64,000 nucleotides of DNA, taken from Candidatus Moraniibacteriota bacterium. GTDB lineage: Bacteria > Patescibacteriota > Minisyncoccia > Moranbacterales > UBA2206. The stretch spans positions 121,492-185,491 of the forward strand of contig JAUXSK010000018.1 in the NCBI GenBank assembly GCA_030679995.1, read 5' to 3'. The notes beneath the pieces are model-generated. The model did not search any database. It was not told the DNA's origin and worked only from the letters and a program-made list of their open reading frames with translations. The position numbers and the translations under genes are program-made. The number at the start of each line of letters is the position of its first letter. Positions within the stretch are counted from its first letter, which is position 1. Shown one piece after another: positions 18,041 to 27,057 of the stretch.

Positions 18041-18832
18041 ATGAAAAAATCCAACAGGGTGGACCATAATAAAAACATCATCGAAGTGGCGGACGTTTAT
18101 TTTTCATATGACGGCCGGGAAGATGTTTTGCAAAACATCACCTTGGAGATCCATCAAGGCGATTATATCGGTTTGGTCGGTCCCAACGGCGCCGGAAAAA
18201 CGACCTTGCTCAAGCTGATGCTCAACTTGCTCGTCCCGCGCTGTGGATCAGTCAGACTGTTCGGCCAGGATATGCGGGATTTCAAAGATTGGCATAAGAT
18301 CGGCTATGTGCCGCAGAAGCTGGCCAACTTCGATGCTAATTTTCCTGCCAGTGTCTTTGAGGTCGTATTGATGGGGCGGTATGATAACAAGCGCCTGTTC
18401 CAGCGCACTACGGAAACGGATAAAAAAGCCGTTCTGGATGCATTGAACCAAGTCGATATGTGGGAATTCAAAGACCGGCTGATCGGCGATCTGTCCGGCG
18501 GACAACAACAGCGGGTGTTCATTGCCCGGGCGCTGGTCAACCGGCCTGAAGTCATTTTTTTGGATGAGCCGACGGCCGCCGTGGACAGGGAGGCTCAGGA
18601 CAGTTTTTTTGCGCTGTTGCAAAAACTCAACCAGGAAGCGGGACTGACTTTGGTGCTGGTGTCACACGACATCCGGCGTTTGACGCAGGAAGTTATGCAC
18701 ATCGCCTGCGTCGACAAGACGCTGACTTGCCACATTTCGCCGGAAGAATATCTGGCTGAAAGCGAGTCTTCGGATATCGGCGGCAAGAAAGTCAAAATCC
18801 TAACTCATCATCATCACAATCAAAATGTTTGA
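18041..18832 (+). CDS. znuC: Zinc ABC transporter ATPase with a C-terminal His-rich tail.
   Basis: Walker A GPNGAGKTT, signature LSGGQQQR, Walker B IFLDEPT, and tail ILTHHHHNQNV. Confidence 0.9.
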   Translation: MKKSNRVDHNKNIIEVADVYFSYDGREDVLQNITLEIHQGDYIGLVGPNGAGKTTLLKLMLNLLVPRCGSVRLFGQDMRDFKDWHKIGYVPQKLANFDANFPASVFEVVLMGRYDNKRLFQRTTETDKKAVLDALNQVDMWEFKDRLIGDLSGGQQQRVFIARALVNRPEVIFLDEPTAAVDREAQDSFFALLQKLNQEAGLTLVLVSHDIRRLTQEVMHIACVDKTLTCHISPEEYLAESESSDIGGKKVKILTHHHHNQNV

Positions 18833-19625
18833 AAATATTTTCCAATACGGTTTCATAATACGGGGACTCGAGGCCGGCATCATTGTCGCCATAATCGCGC
18901 CGCTCATCGGGATTTTTTTGGTGCTGAGGCGTTATTCGCTGATCGCGGATACGCTGGCCCATGTCTCATTGGCGGGCATCGCGATCGGTTTGCTGTTGGG
19001 AATAAACCCCGTATTGACGGCCATCGGCACCGCTGTCGCCGCTTCTTTAGGCATCGAAAAACTGCGGACTTCCAAACGGCTTTTCGGCGAGTCGGCGCTG
19101 GCGCTTTTCCTTTCCGGAAGTCTGGCTCTCGCGGTCGTCATCCTGGGTCTGGCCAACGGTTTCAATGCCAGCCTGCTTAATTATCTGTTCGGAAGCATCG
19201 TAACCGTATCGGCAGCCGACGTGCGTATGATTTTTATCTTGGCGTTCGTGGTGGTCCTGGTTTTGGGAATTTTTTATAAACAATTGATCTATGTCACTTT
19301 CGATGAGGAAGCGGCCAGGATCAGTGGTATTCCGACGCGCCTAGTGAATTCCGTCCTGATCGTCCTGGCCGCTTTGACCGTGGCGCTGGCCATCCCGATC
19401 GTCGGAGTGCTTCTTATCTCGGCTCTCATCGTCATTCCGGTGGTGACGGCGCTTCAGTTCAGGAAGAGTTTCACCCGGACGATCATCTATGCCGAAGCCG
19501 TTTCGCTTTTTTCCGTCATCGCGGGAATCCTGGTCTCTTTCTATTTCAATCTCGCGACCGGCGGATCCATCGTCCTGGTTATGCTGGCGATTTTCGCCGG
19601 CGCGCTCATTGTCCGGCGGCGCTGA
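18825..19625 (+). CDS. znuB: Zinc ABC transporter permease.
   Basis: ABC-3 family 8-TM permease. It overlaps znuC by 8 nt. Confidence 0.85.
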   Translation: MFENIFQYGFIIRGLEAGIIVAIIAPLIGIFLVLRRYSLIADTLAHVSLAGIAIGLLLGINPVLTAIGTAVAASLGIEKLRTSKRLFGESALALFLSGSLALAVVILGLANGFNASLLNYLFGSIVTVSAADVRMIFILAFVVVLVLGIFYKQLIYVTFDEEAARISGIPTRLVNSVLIVLAALTVALAIPIVGVLLISALIVIPVVTALQFRKSFTRTIIYAEAVSLFSVIAGILVSFYFNLATGGSIVLVMLAIFAGALIVRRR

Positions 19626-19800
19626 AAAAGCCCGTGGTTTTGCACAGTCTTGAATTTTTCCGAAATTAAGATATCGGCGATGGACTGAAGAGCGGGTTGC
19701 CAGAGCCAAACATAGAACCTATGTCTCGCGACATTTTTTCTTTAACAATTTTAAAAATTAATCAATTTCCATATGACTCAAAATAAGAGGAGCTGCGGCA

Positions 19801-20172
19801 ATGAAAAATGAAGATGATTATCTGATATTGGATGAGCAGTTTGAACGATTGATGGGAAGCGAGCTATTCGTGCATTATGTGGGTATGTTTTCCCCGCCAA
19901 GGCCGGATATCACCAGATGTATCCTATTGTCCCAGAAGAAGTGCGTTTGTGACGCCCAGTCGCAGAAAGAACTTTTTATGGTGAGGATCGCTGAGTGGAA
20001 CGGGGTGATGTGGTCCATAGTCAGCGTGCGTGCCGAGTATACGGATGTTATAGAAGAGGTCGCGGATAATTGCGATGTCAAAATCATCAAGGGGATTCCG
20101 GTTATGATTGACGATGGCGATATCAGATGGATGTTCCCAGTCGGCAATGGTCGGATTTTCACATTCGTTTGA
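19801..20172 (+). CDS. Hypothetical 123-aa protein.
   Basis: Good SD (aagaggag) and a terminator hairpin tccgccgg...ccggcgga followed by ttttttt at about 20232..20270. No recognisable motif. Confidence 0.4.
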   Translation: MKNEDDYLILDEQFERLMGSELFVHYVGMFSPPRPDITRCILLSQKKCVCDAQSQKELFMVRIAEWNGVMWSIVSVRAEYTDVIEEVADNCDVKIIKGIPVMIDDGDIRWMFPVGNGRIFTFV

Positions 20173-20292
20173 TAGTCCATCGATTGTCATCTGGTACGGA
20201 TGCCGGCGTAAGATCGCCGGCCAGAGCCGATTTGTTCCGATCCGCCGGGCAGTAAACCTGTTCCGGCGGATTTTTTTGATGGTTTGCTAGCC

Positions 20293-20321
20293 TTGATTTT
20301 TTCGGGGCTGGCTGATATGCT
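20293..20321 (+). promoter_or_regulatory. Sigma70-like promoter driving leader RNA copy A.
   Basis: TTGATT, 17 nt spacer, TATGCT. The same hexamers recur before copy B. Confidence 0.5.
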
Positions 20322-20358
20322 GGACATAGTCTGAAGTTTGAAAAAATGTTTAAGAGGA

Positions 20359-20490
20359 CTATGATCCGCGCATTGAGATGAAATTTAGAAAGAATTGATT
20401 GGTCGCTTGCGTTTGCGCGGGGAGTCGAATGGCGAAACCGGTTTAGACCGAAAAGTTGCAAGACTTTTCAGCTTGGCCGGTTTTTTATTT
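20359..20490 (+). ncRNA. Conserved structured leader RNA, copy A, with an intrinsic terminator (candidate riboswitch/attenuator).
   Basis: About 85% identical to copies B and C. It has a long-range helix CCGCGCA/UGCGCGG, a conserved GGGGAGUCGAAUGGCGAAACCGG, and a long terminator hairpin followed by UUUUUU 34 nt before the GT2 start. Confidence 0.6.
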
Positions 20491-20523
20491 GCGGCAATTG
20501 GATTTTTCAATAAATGAAACCTG

Positions 20524-22101
20524 ATGTATATAAGATATCGAAAGGCGCAAACGGCCGGGAATGGTCCGCAAAACAGGACCGGTTTTGAGGAGGATAAAAA
20601 GAGGAAAAAACTGTTGAAAAAACCGATAAACTTCCGCGACTGCGCCTATTCCGGCGCCATCGGAAACGGCATCCGGTATGAAGGAAATTATTTCGTGACG
20701 CACAGCGATTTGCCCCATCGGCATAGTGCCATCCAGACTTGCCAGCCTTGCCAAAAAATATTCCTATTGCTGATAGCCGGCCTGGTTTTGGCGGGAGCCA
20801 TAATTGATATCAAAAGCGCATTGGTTGTTACGGTCGCCATCCTATCCGCTTTTTATTTTTTGGATCTGCTTTTTAATTTTTTCTTGATTATCAAAAGTTT
20901 TCAAAAATCGCGTGAGATAAAAATAACCGCTAGCGAGATAGGGGAGTTGGCTGGCGAAAAGCTTCCGGTATATACGATTTTCTGTCCGCTCTACAAGGAA
21001 TGGCAAGTCATTCCCCAGTTTACGCGGGCCATTTCCAAAATCGATTGGCCGAAAGACAAGCTGGATGTGCAACTTCTCTTGGAAGAGGATGATCCTCAGA
21101 CGATTGCGGAAGCGGAAAAGATGGGGTTGCCCGGTTATTTCCGGATTATCGTCGTGCCACACGGCCATCCGAAGACCAAACCTAAAGCTTGCAATTACGG
21201 ACTGCACCATGCCAAGGGGGAATATGCCGTCATTTTTGACGCGGAAGATATTCCTGATCCGGACCAGCTGAAAAAGGCTTATCTGTCCTTCCGGAAACTT
21301 AGGGGTGAAAAGGTTCTCTGTGTCCAAGCTAAGCTTAATTTCTACAATGCCCGCCAAAATATCCTGACGCGTTTTTTTTCTGCGGAATATGCCTTATGGT
21401 TCAATCTGGTGCTGGTCGGACTCCAATCGATCAAATCGCCGATCCCGCTGGGCGGGACTTCCAACCATTTCCGCACGCGCGATTTGCAATTGCTGAGCGG
21501 CTGGGATCCGTTCAATGTGACGGAGGATTGCGATTTGGGAATCCGGATCGCCAAATTGGGCTATCGCACCGAGATTTTCAATTCCAATACGATGGAAGAG
21601 GCGACCAGCAAAGTCGGTAACTGGATGCGCCAGCGTTCGCGCTGGATCAAAGGCTATATGCAGACCTATCTCGTGCATATGCGCCGGCCGAAGGAATTCG
21701 CGTCGGACCTTAGAAATCCGCAGGTCCTTACATTTCAGTTGGTAGTGGGCGGAAAAGTGCTTTCGATTTTCATCAATCCGTTGATGTGGCTGTTGGTCAT
21801 TTCCTATTTCTCTTTCCGCGCGACGATGGGTCCGATCATTGAGCCTTTGTATCCGAAGCCGGTTTTCTATATCTCTATCTTTTCTTTGATATTCGGGAAT
21901 TTCCTCTACGTCTATTATTATATGATCGGTTGCGCGAAACGGGAGCAGTGGGATTTGGTAAAATATGTCTTTCTGGTGCCGGTGTATTGGCTGATGATGA
22001 GCGTCGCTTCCTGGAAAGCGCTGTGGCAATTGATTTTCAAACCTCATTATTGGGAAAAGACGGTGCATGGTTTCCATTTGGCAATCAAAAAAAATGCTTA
22101 G
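20524..22101 (+). CDS. Processive family-2 glycosyltransferase (cellulose/curdlan-synthase-like) with N- and C-terminal TM segments.
   Basis: DAED (D,D,D class) and QRSRWIKG (QxxRW) motifs. Confidence 0.75.
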   Translation: MYIRYRKAQTAGNGPQNRTGFEEDKKRKKLLKKPINFRDCAYSGAIGNGIRYEGNYFVTHSDLPHRHSAIQTCQPCQKIFLLLIAGLVLAGAIIDIKSALVVTVAILSAFYFLDLLFNFFLIIKSFQKSREIKITASEIGELAGEKLPVYTIFCPLYKEWQVIPQFTRAISKIDWPKDKLDVQLLLEEDDPQTIAEAEKMGLPGYFRIIVVPHGHPKTKPKACNYGLHHAKGEYAVIFDAEDIPDPDQLKKAYLSFRKLRGEKVLCVQAKLNFYNARQNILTRFFSAEYALWFNLVLVGLQSIKSPIPLGGTSNHFRTRDLQLLSGWDPFNVTEDCDLGIRIAKLGYRTEIFNSNTMEEATSKVGNWMRQRSRWIKGYMQTYLVHMRRPKEFASDLRNPQVLTFQLVVGGKVLSIFINPLMWLLVISYFSFRATMGPIIEPLYPKPVFYISIFSLIFGNFLYVYYYMIGCAKREQWDLVKYVFLVPVYWLMMSVASWKALWQLIFKPHYWEKTVHGFHLAIKKNA

Positions 22102-23380
22102 AAAAACAAGTACAATCAAATCATTATTCACGGATGAATTCGCCAGAAGCAGTTCAATCTTCTTTTTCAGTTCCGTTGCTGCCGCTTTTTTGAATTATCT
22201 GTACCATCCTATTTTGGGACGGTTGATGGATGTGGCGGATTTCGGCGAAGCGCAGGCGGCTATCTCGCTGTTTTTGCAATTCGGCGTTTTGGCGTCCGTC
22301 TTTTCTTTTTTCACTATCAGTCTGACTTCCAATGCTGAGGCTGGGAAATCCAGGGAAGCGTCTTTCGTTATCGCTGAGTTCCGGAAATTTGCCGTGCTGG
22401 CAATTCTGGCATTGGCTGTCGGCCTGGTTTTATTTCATCAATCAGTCAAAGAGTTTTTGAATTTTTCTTCTATCTATCCGTTACTGATCCTGATGCTGCT
22501 GCTATTGGCCAATGTGTTGTTTTCTTTCCGCCGGGCCTATCTGCAGGGAGTGCGGAAAATCAAAAGCGTGTCCGCGGCGGATTTGATTTTTTCCGCGTCC
22601 CGCTTGTTTTTCGCGGTCGCTTTCGTGTATGCCGGCTGGCGTTCGTCCGGAGCGGTCGCCGGTCTTCTAGTCGGACAACTTATCGCCTTGGCGTATGTTT
22701 TTTCCAAAACCAAAGATGTCCTGGCTTCGGAAAACTGGAGCCTGCTGCCTCGCTGGCGGAATCCTGCGTTCAGGAGGGAATTCAAATTCGGCTTGTTGGT
22801 ATTGGTATCGGTTTTTTGCGTGACATTTTTTTATGCGAGCGATATCATTTTTGTGCGGCACTACTTTCCGGCGGAGGAAGCTGGTTTATACGGCGGCATA
22901 GCGACGGTGGCCAGGATAATTTTTTTCGCTACCAGCCCGATAGTTATGGTGATGCTACCGATGGTCAAGTTGAAAAATATCCCGGAAAAAAACGAGGCGC
23001 TTTTCCGGAAAGCGTTCATAACGGTGGCCGTGCTCGGACTGGCCATAACGCTGGTCTTGCAAATTTTTCCAGCGCTCGTCATCAAGATTTTGATCGGCGG
23101 ACGTTATGCCGTTTTCGCGCCGATCTTGCCGCGGTTGGGCTGGATGCTTTTTGCCGCTTCGTTGGCCAATCTGCTTTCCGCCTATTTCATCGCACTTAGG
23201 AAATATGCGCTGATCCCGATATCCCTCGCGTCCGTTTTTCTCACCGCAGTCCTGGCATTTTTTTTCCATAGCGATCCGCTTCAGATAATAAACGGTTTCA
23301 TCTGCGGACTGGTTCTCATAATTTTTTTATCATCCATAATATATGCGCAAAAAGATTTCTATCGTAATACCGGTCTATAA
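22067..23380 (+). CDS. Polysaccharide flippase/transporter (Wzx/MOP superfamily).
   Basis: About 12 TM helices. It overlaps the upstream GT2 by 35 nt. Confidence 0.6.
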   Translation: MVSIWQSKKMLRKTSTIKSLFTDEFARSSSIFFFSSVAAAFLNYLYHPILGRLMDVADFGEAQAAISLFLQFGVLASVFSFFTISLTSNAEAGKSREASFVIAEFRKFAVLAILALAVGLVLFHQSVKEFLNFSSIYPLLILMLLLLANVLFSFRRAYLQGVRKIKSVSAADLIFSASRLFFAVAFVYAGWRSSGAVAGLLVGQLIALAYVFSKTKDVLASENWSLLPRWRNPAFRREFKFGLLVLVSVFCVTFFYASDIIFVRHYFPAEEAGLYGGIATVARIIFFATSPIVMVMLPMVKLKNIPEKNEALFRKAFITVAVLGLAITLVLQIFPALVIKILIGGRYAVFAPILPRLGWMLFAASLANLLSAYFIALRKYALIPISLASVFLTAVLAFFFHSDPLQIINGFICGLVLIIFLSSIIYAQKDFYRNTGL

Positions 23381-24281
23381 TGAAGAAGAAAATATCCGGC
23401 CGGTCTATGCCAGGATGAAAGAAACCATCCGGGCCATCCCTGACTACGAGTTCGAAGTCATTTTTGTCAATGACGGCAGTTCGGACGGGACTTGGGCGGA
23501 AATATCCGGGCTGGCTGAAAGTGAAAATGGGATCAAGGCTTTGAATTTCAGCCGCAACTTCGGACACCAGGCCGCGATCGAAGCCGGACTGGCCAATGCC
23601 GGAGGGGAGGCGGCGATAACTATGGACGGGGATATGCAACATCCGCCGGAAATTATTCCTGAATTGATCAGCAAATGGGAACAAGGTTTTGAAATCGTGA
23701 ACACCAAGCGGGAAGAAACCGAAGGCATCTCTTTTTTCAAAAAGATCGCTTCCGGCATTTTCTATCGTTTGATAAACAGCATTTCCGAAGTGCATATCGA
23801 AAGCGGCTCGGCCGATTTCAGATTGGTCGGCCGGCGGGCGATGGATGAATTGAACAGATTGACGGAAAAAAACAAATTCTACCGGGGATTGATCAGTTGG
23901 ATCGGATTTGAAAGCGCTACCGTGAAATACAAGGCGGAAAAAAGACTGGGCGGAAAATCCTCTTATACTTTCAACAAGATGCTGTCGTTGGCCAGGGTCG
24001 GCATAACTTCTTTCAGTATGTTGCCGATGAAAGTGATTCTCCTGTTCGGCGCGCTGCTTTTTTTCGGCGGATTTTTGCTGACGGCCGGGATGGTCTTTTG
24101 GCGGTATTGCATCGGGTCGGCGCTGTTCAGCGGGACGGGGATATTAGCGGCTTTCATCATAATGAATAATGGGTTGTTTATGGTGATGCTTGGAATCGTT
24201 TCGATGTATCAGATCAATATGTGCAAAGAATTGCAGAATCGGCCGAATTATATCATTACTGAAAAAATAAATCTCAGCTGA
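23343..24281 (+). CDS. GT2 polyprenyl-phosphate sugar synthase (DPM1/GtrB/ArnC-like) with two C-terminal TM helices.
   Basis: ISIVIPVYNEEENI...VNDGSSDGT...DGDMQHPPE and a C-terminal membrane hairpin. Confidence 0.75.
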   Translation: MRKKISIVIPVYNEEENIRPVYARMKETIRAIPDYEFEVIFVNDGSSDGTWAEISGLAESENGIKALNFSRNFGHQAAIEAGLANAGGEAAITMDGDMQHPPEIIPELISKWEQGFEIVNTKREETEGISFFKKIASGIFYRLINSISEVHIESGSADFRLVGRRAMDELNRLTEKNKFYRGLISWIGFESATVKYKAEKRLGGKSSYTFNKMLSLARVGITSFSMLPMKVILLFGALLFFGGFLLTAGMVFWRYCIGSALFSGTGILAAFIIMNNGLFMVMLGIVSMYQINMCKELQNRPNYIITEKINLS

Positions 24282-24305
24282 CTATTAATCATTAAGATCA
24301 GTATT

Positions 24306-25124
24306 ATGGATGAAAAAAATCCGAAAGTTTCCGTCCTGATGTCCGCCTATAATGAAGAGCGGTATGTCGGCGCCGCCATCGAAAGCATCCTGGACCAAAC
24401 CTACCATGATTTTGAATTGATCATCATCGATGACCGCAGTCAGGACGCGACCTGGGAATTGATCTCCGGGTATGCCGGACGCGATCCGCGGGTGAGGGCG
24501 TCCAGGAATGAAAAGAATCTGGGAATTTCCGGCGCGCTCAACAGAGGGCTCGTGCTGGCCCGCGGGGAATATGTCGTCAAGATGGACGCGGACGACTGGT
24601 CCTATCCGGACCGGCTGGAAAAGCAAGTCGGGTTTATGGAAAAAAATCCCCAAGTCGCCATCAGCGGCGGCACGATGGAAGTTTGCGATGAGAATCTGGC
24701 GGTCCTGAACAAACGGGCCTATAATCTGACCGACCGGGAGATACGCCGGAAAATTTTCCGGTACAATCCGTTCTGCCATCCGGCCGTGATCTACCGGACG
24801 GACATCGCCAAGGATGTCGGCGGCTATTGCCTGATCGATTCGGCCGGCGATTATGAATTATATTTCAAACTCGGATTGCACGGGGAGTTCGCCAACTTGC
24901 CGGACACCCTTTTGAAATACCGGGTCAATCGCGGCTCCATTTCCGTTTATAAGGCGAGAAGCCAGGAATGCGACACATTATATGTGCGGCTCAAGGCGGT
25001 TTTTGAATACGGCTACAAGATGCGCCCGGTCGATAAATTATATTTCGCCTGCCAGTTTTTGAGTATGTATCTCATCCCACAACGGATCAAAGCCTGGATA
25101 TTTAACCGATTAAGAAGCAGTTAA
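24306..25124 (+). CDS. Family-2 glycosyltransferase.
   Basis: VSVLMSAYNEERYV...IIIDDRSQDAT...VVKMDADD. Confidence 0.75.
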   Translation: MDEKNPKVSVLMSAYNEERYVGAAIESILDQTYHDFELIIIDDRSQDATWELISGYAGRDPRVRASRNEKNLGISGALNRGLVLARGEYVVKMDADDWSYPDRLEKQVGFMEKNPQVAISGGTMEVCDENLAVLNKRAYNLTDREIRRKIFRYNPFCHPAVIYRTDIAKDVGGYCLIDSAGDYELYFKLGLHGEFANLPDTLLKYRVNRGSISVYKARSQECDTLYVRLKAVFEYGYKMRPVDKLYFACQFLSMYLIPQRIKAWIFNRLRSS

Positions 25125-25129
25125 CCATT

Positions 25130-26806
25130 ATGGCCCGATTTTTTAAAAAAATCAGCGCGTCATTCCGCGAAAACATACTGCCGGTCACTTTGATCCTGGC
25201 GGCTTCTTTCAGTCTGGCGAGTTTCCTTTTTTTCTATTTGGACGGACAACAAAATACCACCTATTTCGACGCGCAATCCCATCTGAATATGTCCCGTAAA
25301 ATCGTGGACAATCTGAATCCCGGTCTGGGCCAACTCGGCGGTTTGTGGCTGCCGCTTTTGCACTTGCTGATGGTGCCGTTCATCTGGAGCGATTTTATGT
25401 GGCGTTCCGGCTGGGCAGGGGCTTGCGTTTCAATGCCGGCTTTCGTCCTGTCGGTCTATTTCGTTTTCAAGACCGTCGAGTTTCTTTTCCGCGATCGGAC
25501 GGCGGCTTTTCTCGGAGCTTTGGTATATATGGCCAGTATGAATATGCTTTTGCTCCAGAGTATGGCGATGATGGAGCCGCTATTTAATCTGACGATCATC
25601 GGCAGTATCTACTATCTTTCCCGTTGGGCCCGGACGGATAATTTAGCGGATCTGTCCATCGGGGCTTTCTTCGTTTTTTTGAGCACACTGACCCGCTATG
25701 AAGGCTATGCGGTTCTGGCGGCATCCGCCGCCGCCGTGCTCATCGTCACTTTCATAAAAAATTTCAACGCACGCCACTGGTATCGGATCGTGGAAGGCAA
25801 ATTCCTGATCTTTATGACACTGGCGTCTTTTGGCGTCTTACTGTGGCTGGCCTACTCGTTGGTGATTTTCGGCGATCCGTTGCATTGGACTCATCCTAAT
25901 ACTCGGGATGTGTCGGCGGTTATTGAAACCGTTCAAGATGGAAATCCGGCCGGACTTTTGCGCGGGGATCCCACGGACTATTACCGCCACGATTTATCCA
26001 GGGCGCTTCTGACATTCTGGTGGACCGCGGCCATCGGTAATGGTCTGATAGTTTTTTTAGCGGGCATAATAGGCTTCCTATCACTCCTGTGGTTTTGCGT
26101 GAAAAATAGCCGCTATGCCTATCTGTTCATTCCGGCCGTGCTGATTTCTGTCGCATTCCCGCTGTTCATCATAGCGCTGATGTATTTTGGACAGGTTTCG
26201 CTCTTGCCACCATTCCTCGGTTTCACCGGTATCTTCGACAAGGGGAATAATCTGGCCGACGAAGCCGGCATCCGTTACACTCTCGCGATGCTGCCTTTCG
26301 TCGCGATTTTTATGGGCTGGCTGGCCGCGGGCGGAGCCTATCGGAAAATCACCATCCTCCTGCTCATCGTTTTCCAAACAGGCTCCTTTTTTTTCGGTCC
26401 GCTGTTTCTGACCTATGATCTTTCCTTGAAATGGAAAGGCGTGTATGGACAGGAAAACCGTTCGGTGGAATGGTTCAAGAAAAATTATTCCGGCGGCCTC
26501 ATCCTGGAGAGCGCGTTGTCCCACGAGGCGGAGATGTTCCAGAACGGATTGGCATACAAGAACTATATCCACGAAGGGACGGGCCACTATTGGGAGGAAT
26601 CTTTGAAAAACCCGGTGCGCTACGCGACTTGGATAATTATGAACAAGAGCGCCAAGACCGACACGTCCGGCATTTGGGGGCAAGATATCTTGACCGACAA
26701 ATTCCGCGACTCGAAGATCTTGCGGAACAATTTCAATCTGGTTTATGACGACGGCAAAATCCTGATTTACAAAATAAAGTCCGGCAAGGATTTGCTCCGT
26801 TCTTGA
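25130..26806 (+). CDS. GT-C fold membrane glycosyltransferase (ArnT/PMT-like, about 12 TM).
   Basis: Polytopic N-terminal domain with a first extracytoplasmic loop carrying DAQSHL, plus a soluble C-terminal domain. It lies next to the DPM1-like GT2 that would make a lipid-linked donor for it (inference). Confidence 0.5.
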   Translation: MARFFKKISASFRENILPVTLILAASFSLASFLFFYLDGQQNTTYFDAQSHLNMSRKIVDNLNPGLGQLGGLWLPLLHLLMVPFIWSDFMWRSGWAGACVSMPAFVLSVYFVFKTVEFLFRDRTAAFLGALVYMASMNMLLLQSMAMMEPLFNLTIIGSIYYLSRWARTDNLADLSIGAFFVFLSTLTRYEGYAVLAASAAAVLIVTFIKNFNARHWYRIVEGKFLIFMTLASFGVLLWLAYSLVIFGDPLHWTHPNTRDVSAVIETVQDGNPAGLLRGDPTDYYRHDLSRALLTFWWTAAIGNGLIVFLAGIIGFLSLLWFCVKNSRYAYLFIPAVLISVAFPLFIIALMYFGQVSLLPPFLGFTGIFDKGNNLADEAGIRYTLAMLPFVAIFMGWLAAGGAYRKITILLLIVFQTGSFFFGPLFLTYDLSLKWKGVYGQENRSVEWFKKNYSGGLILESALSHEAEMFQNGLAYKNYIHEGTGHYWEESLKNPVRYATWIIMNKSAKTDTSGIWGQDILTDKFRDSKILRNNFNLVYDDGKILIYKIKSGKDLLRS

Positions 26807-26830
26807 TTATCCTAAGGATATCTGTTATGC
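26803..26830 (+). promoter_or_regulatory. Sigma70-like promoter driving leader RNA copy B.
   Basis: TTGATT, 16 nt spacer, TATGCT. Confidence 0.5.
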
Positions 26831-26871
26831 TGTGGATAGTTGAATATTGATAGAACGCCATACTTTGAAAG

Positions 26872-27009
26872 GCTATGATCCGTGCATTGAGATGAAATTT
26901 TGAGAGAGTTGATTGGTTGCTTACGTTTGCACGAGGAGTCGAATGGCAAAACCGGTTTGAACCAAAAAGTTGTGAGACTTTTTGGTTTAAGTCGGTTTTT
27001 ATTTTTTTT
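26872..27009 (+). ncRNA. Conserved structured leader RNA, copy B.
   Basis: Same motif as copy A. P1 carries a compensatory change (CCGUGCA/UGCACG versus CCGCGCA/UGCGCGG). The terminator stem ACCAAAAAGU/ACUUUUUGGU also covaries. U-run. Confidence 0.6.
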
Positions 27010-27057
27010 CTTTTTTTAGTCAGCTTCACCTAACTTTTTAATGGAATATTTTTTTCC

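Noticed and set aside
18790-18832. HHHHNQN tail of ZnuC considered as a cloning-vector His-tag artefact.
   Set aside because: It is four His in native context followed by NQNV. His-rich C-termini are common in Zn-uptake ATPases and in ZnuA loops, and there is no vector sequence nearby.
20159-20461. Minus-strand ORFs 20159..20461 and 26733..27029 that share the peptide NRFxHSTPRANxSxQSxLSKFHLNARII.
   Set aside because: The shared peptide is only the reverse-complement reading of the conserved leader RNA copies A and B. There is no SD. Compensatory RNA changes, not codon conservation, explain the similarity, and copy C has no such ORF.
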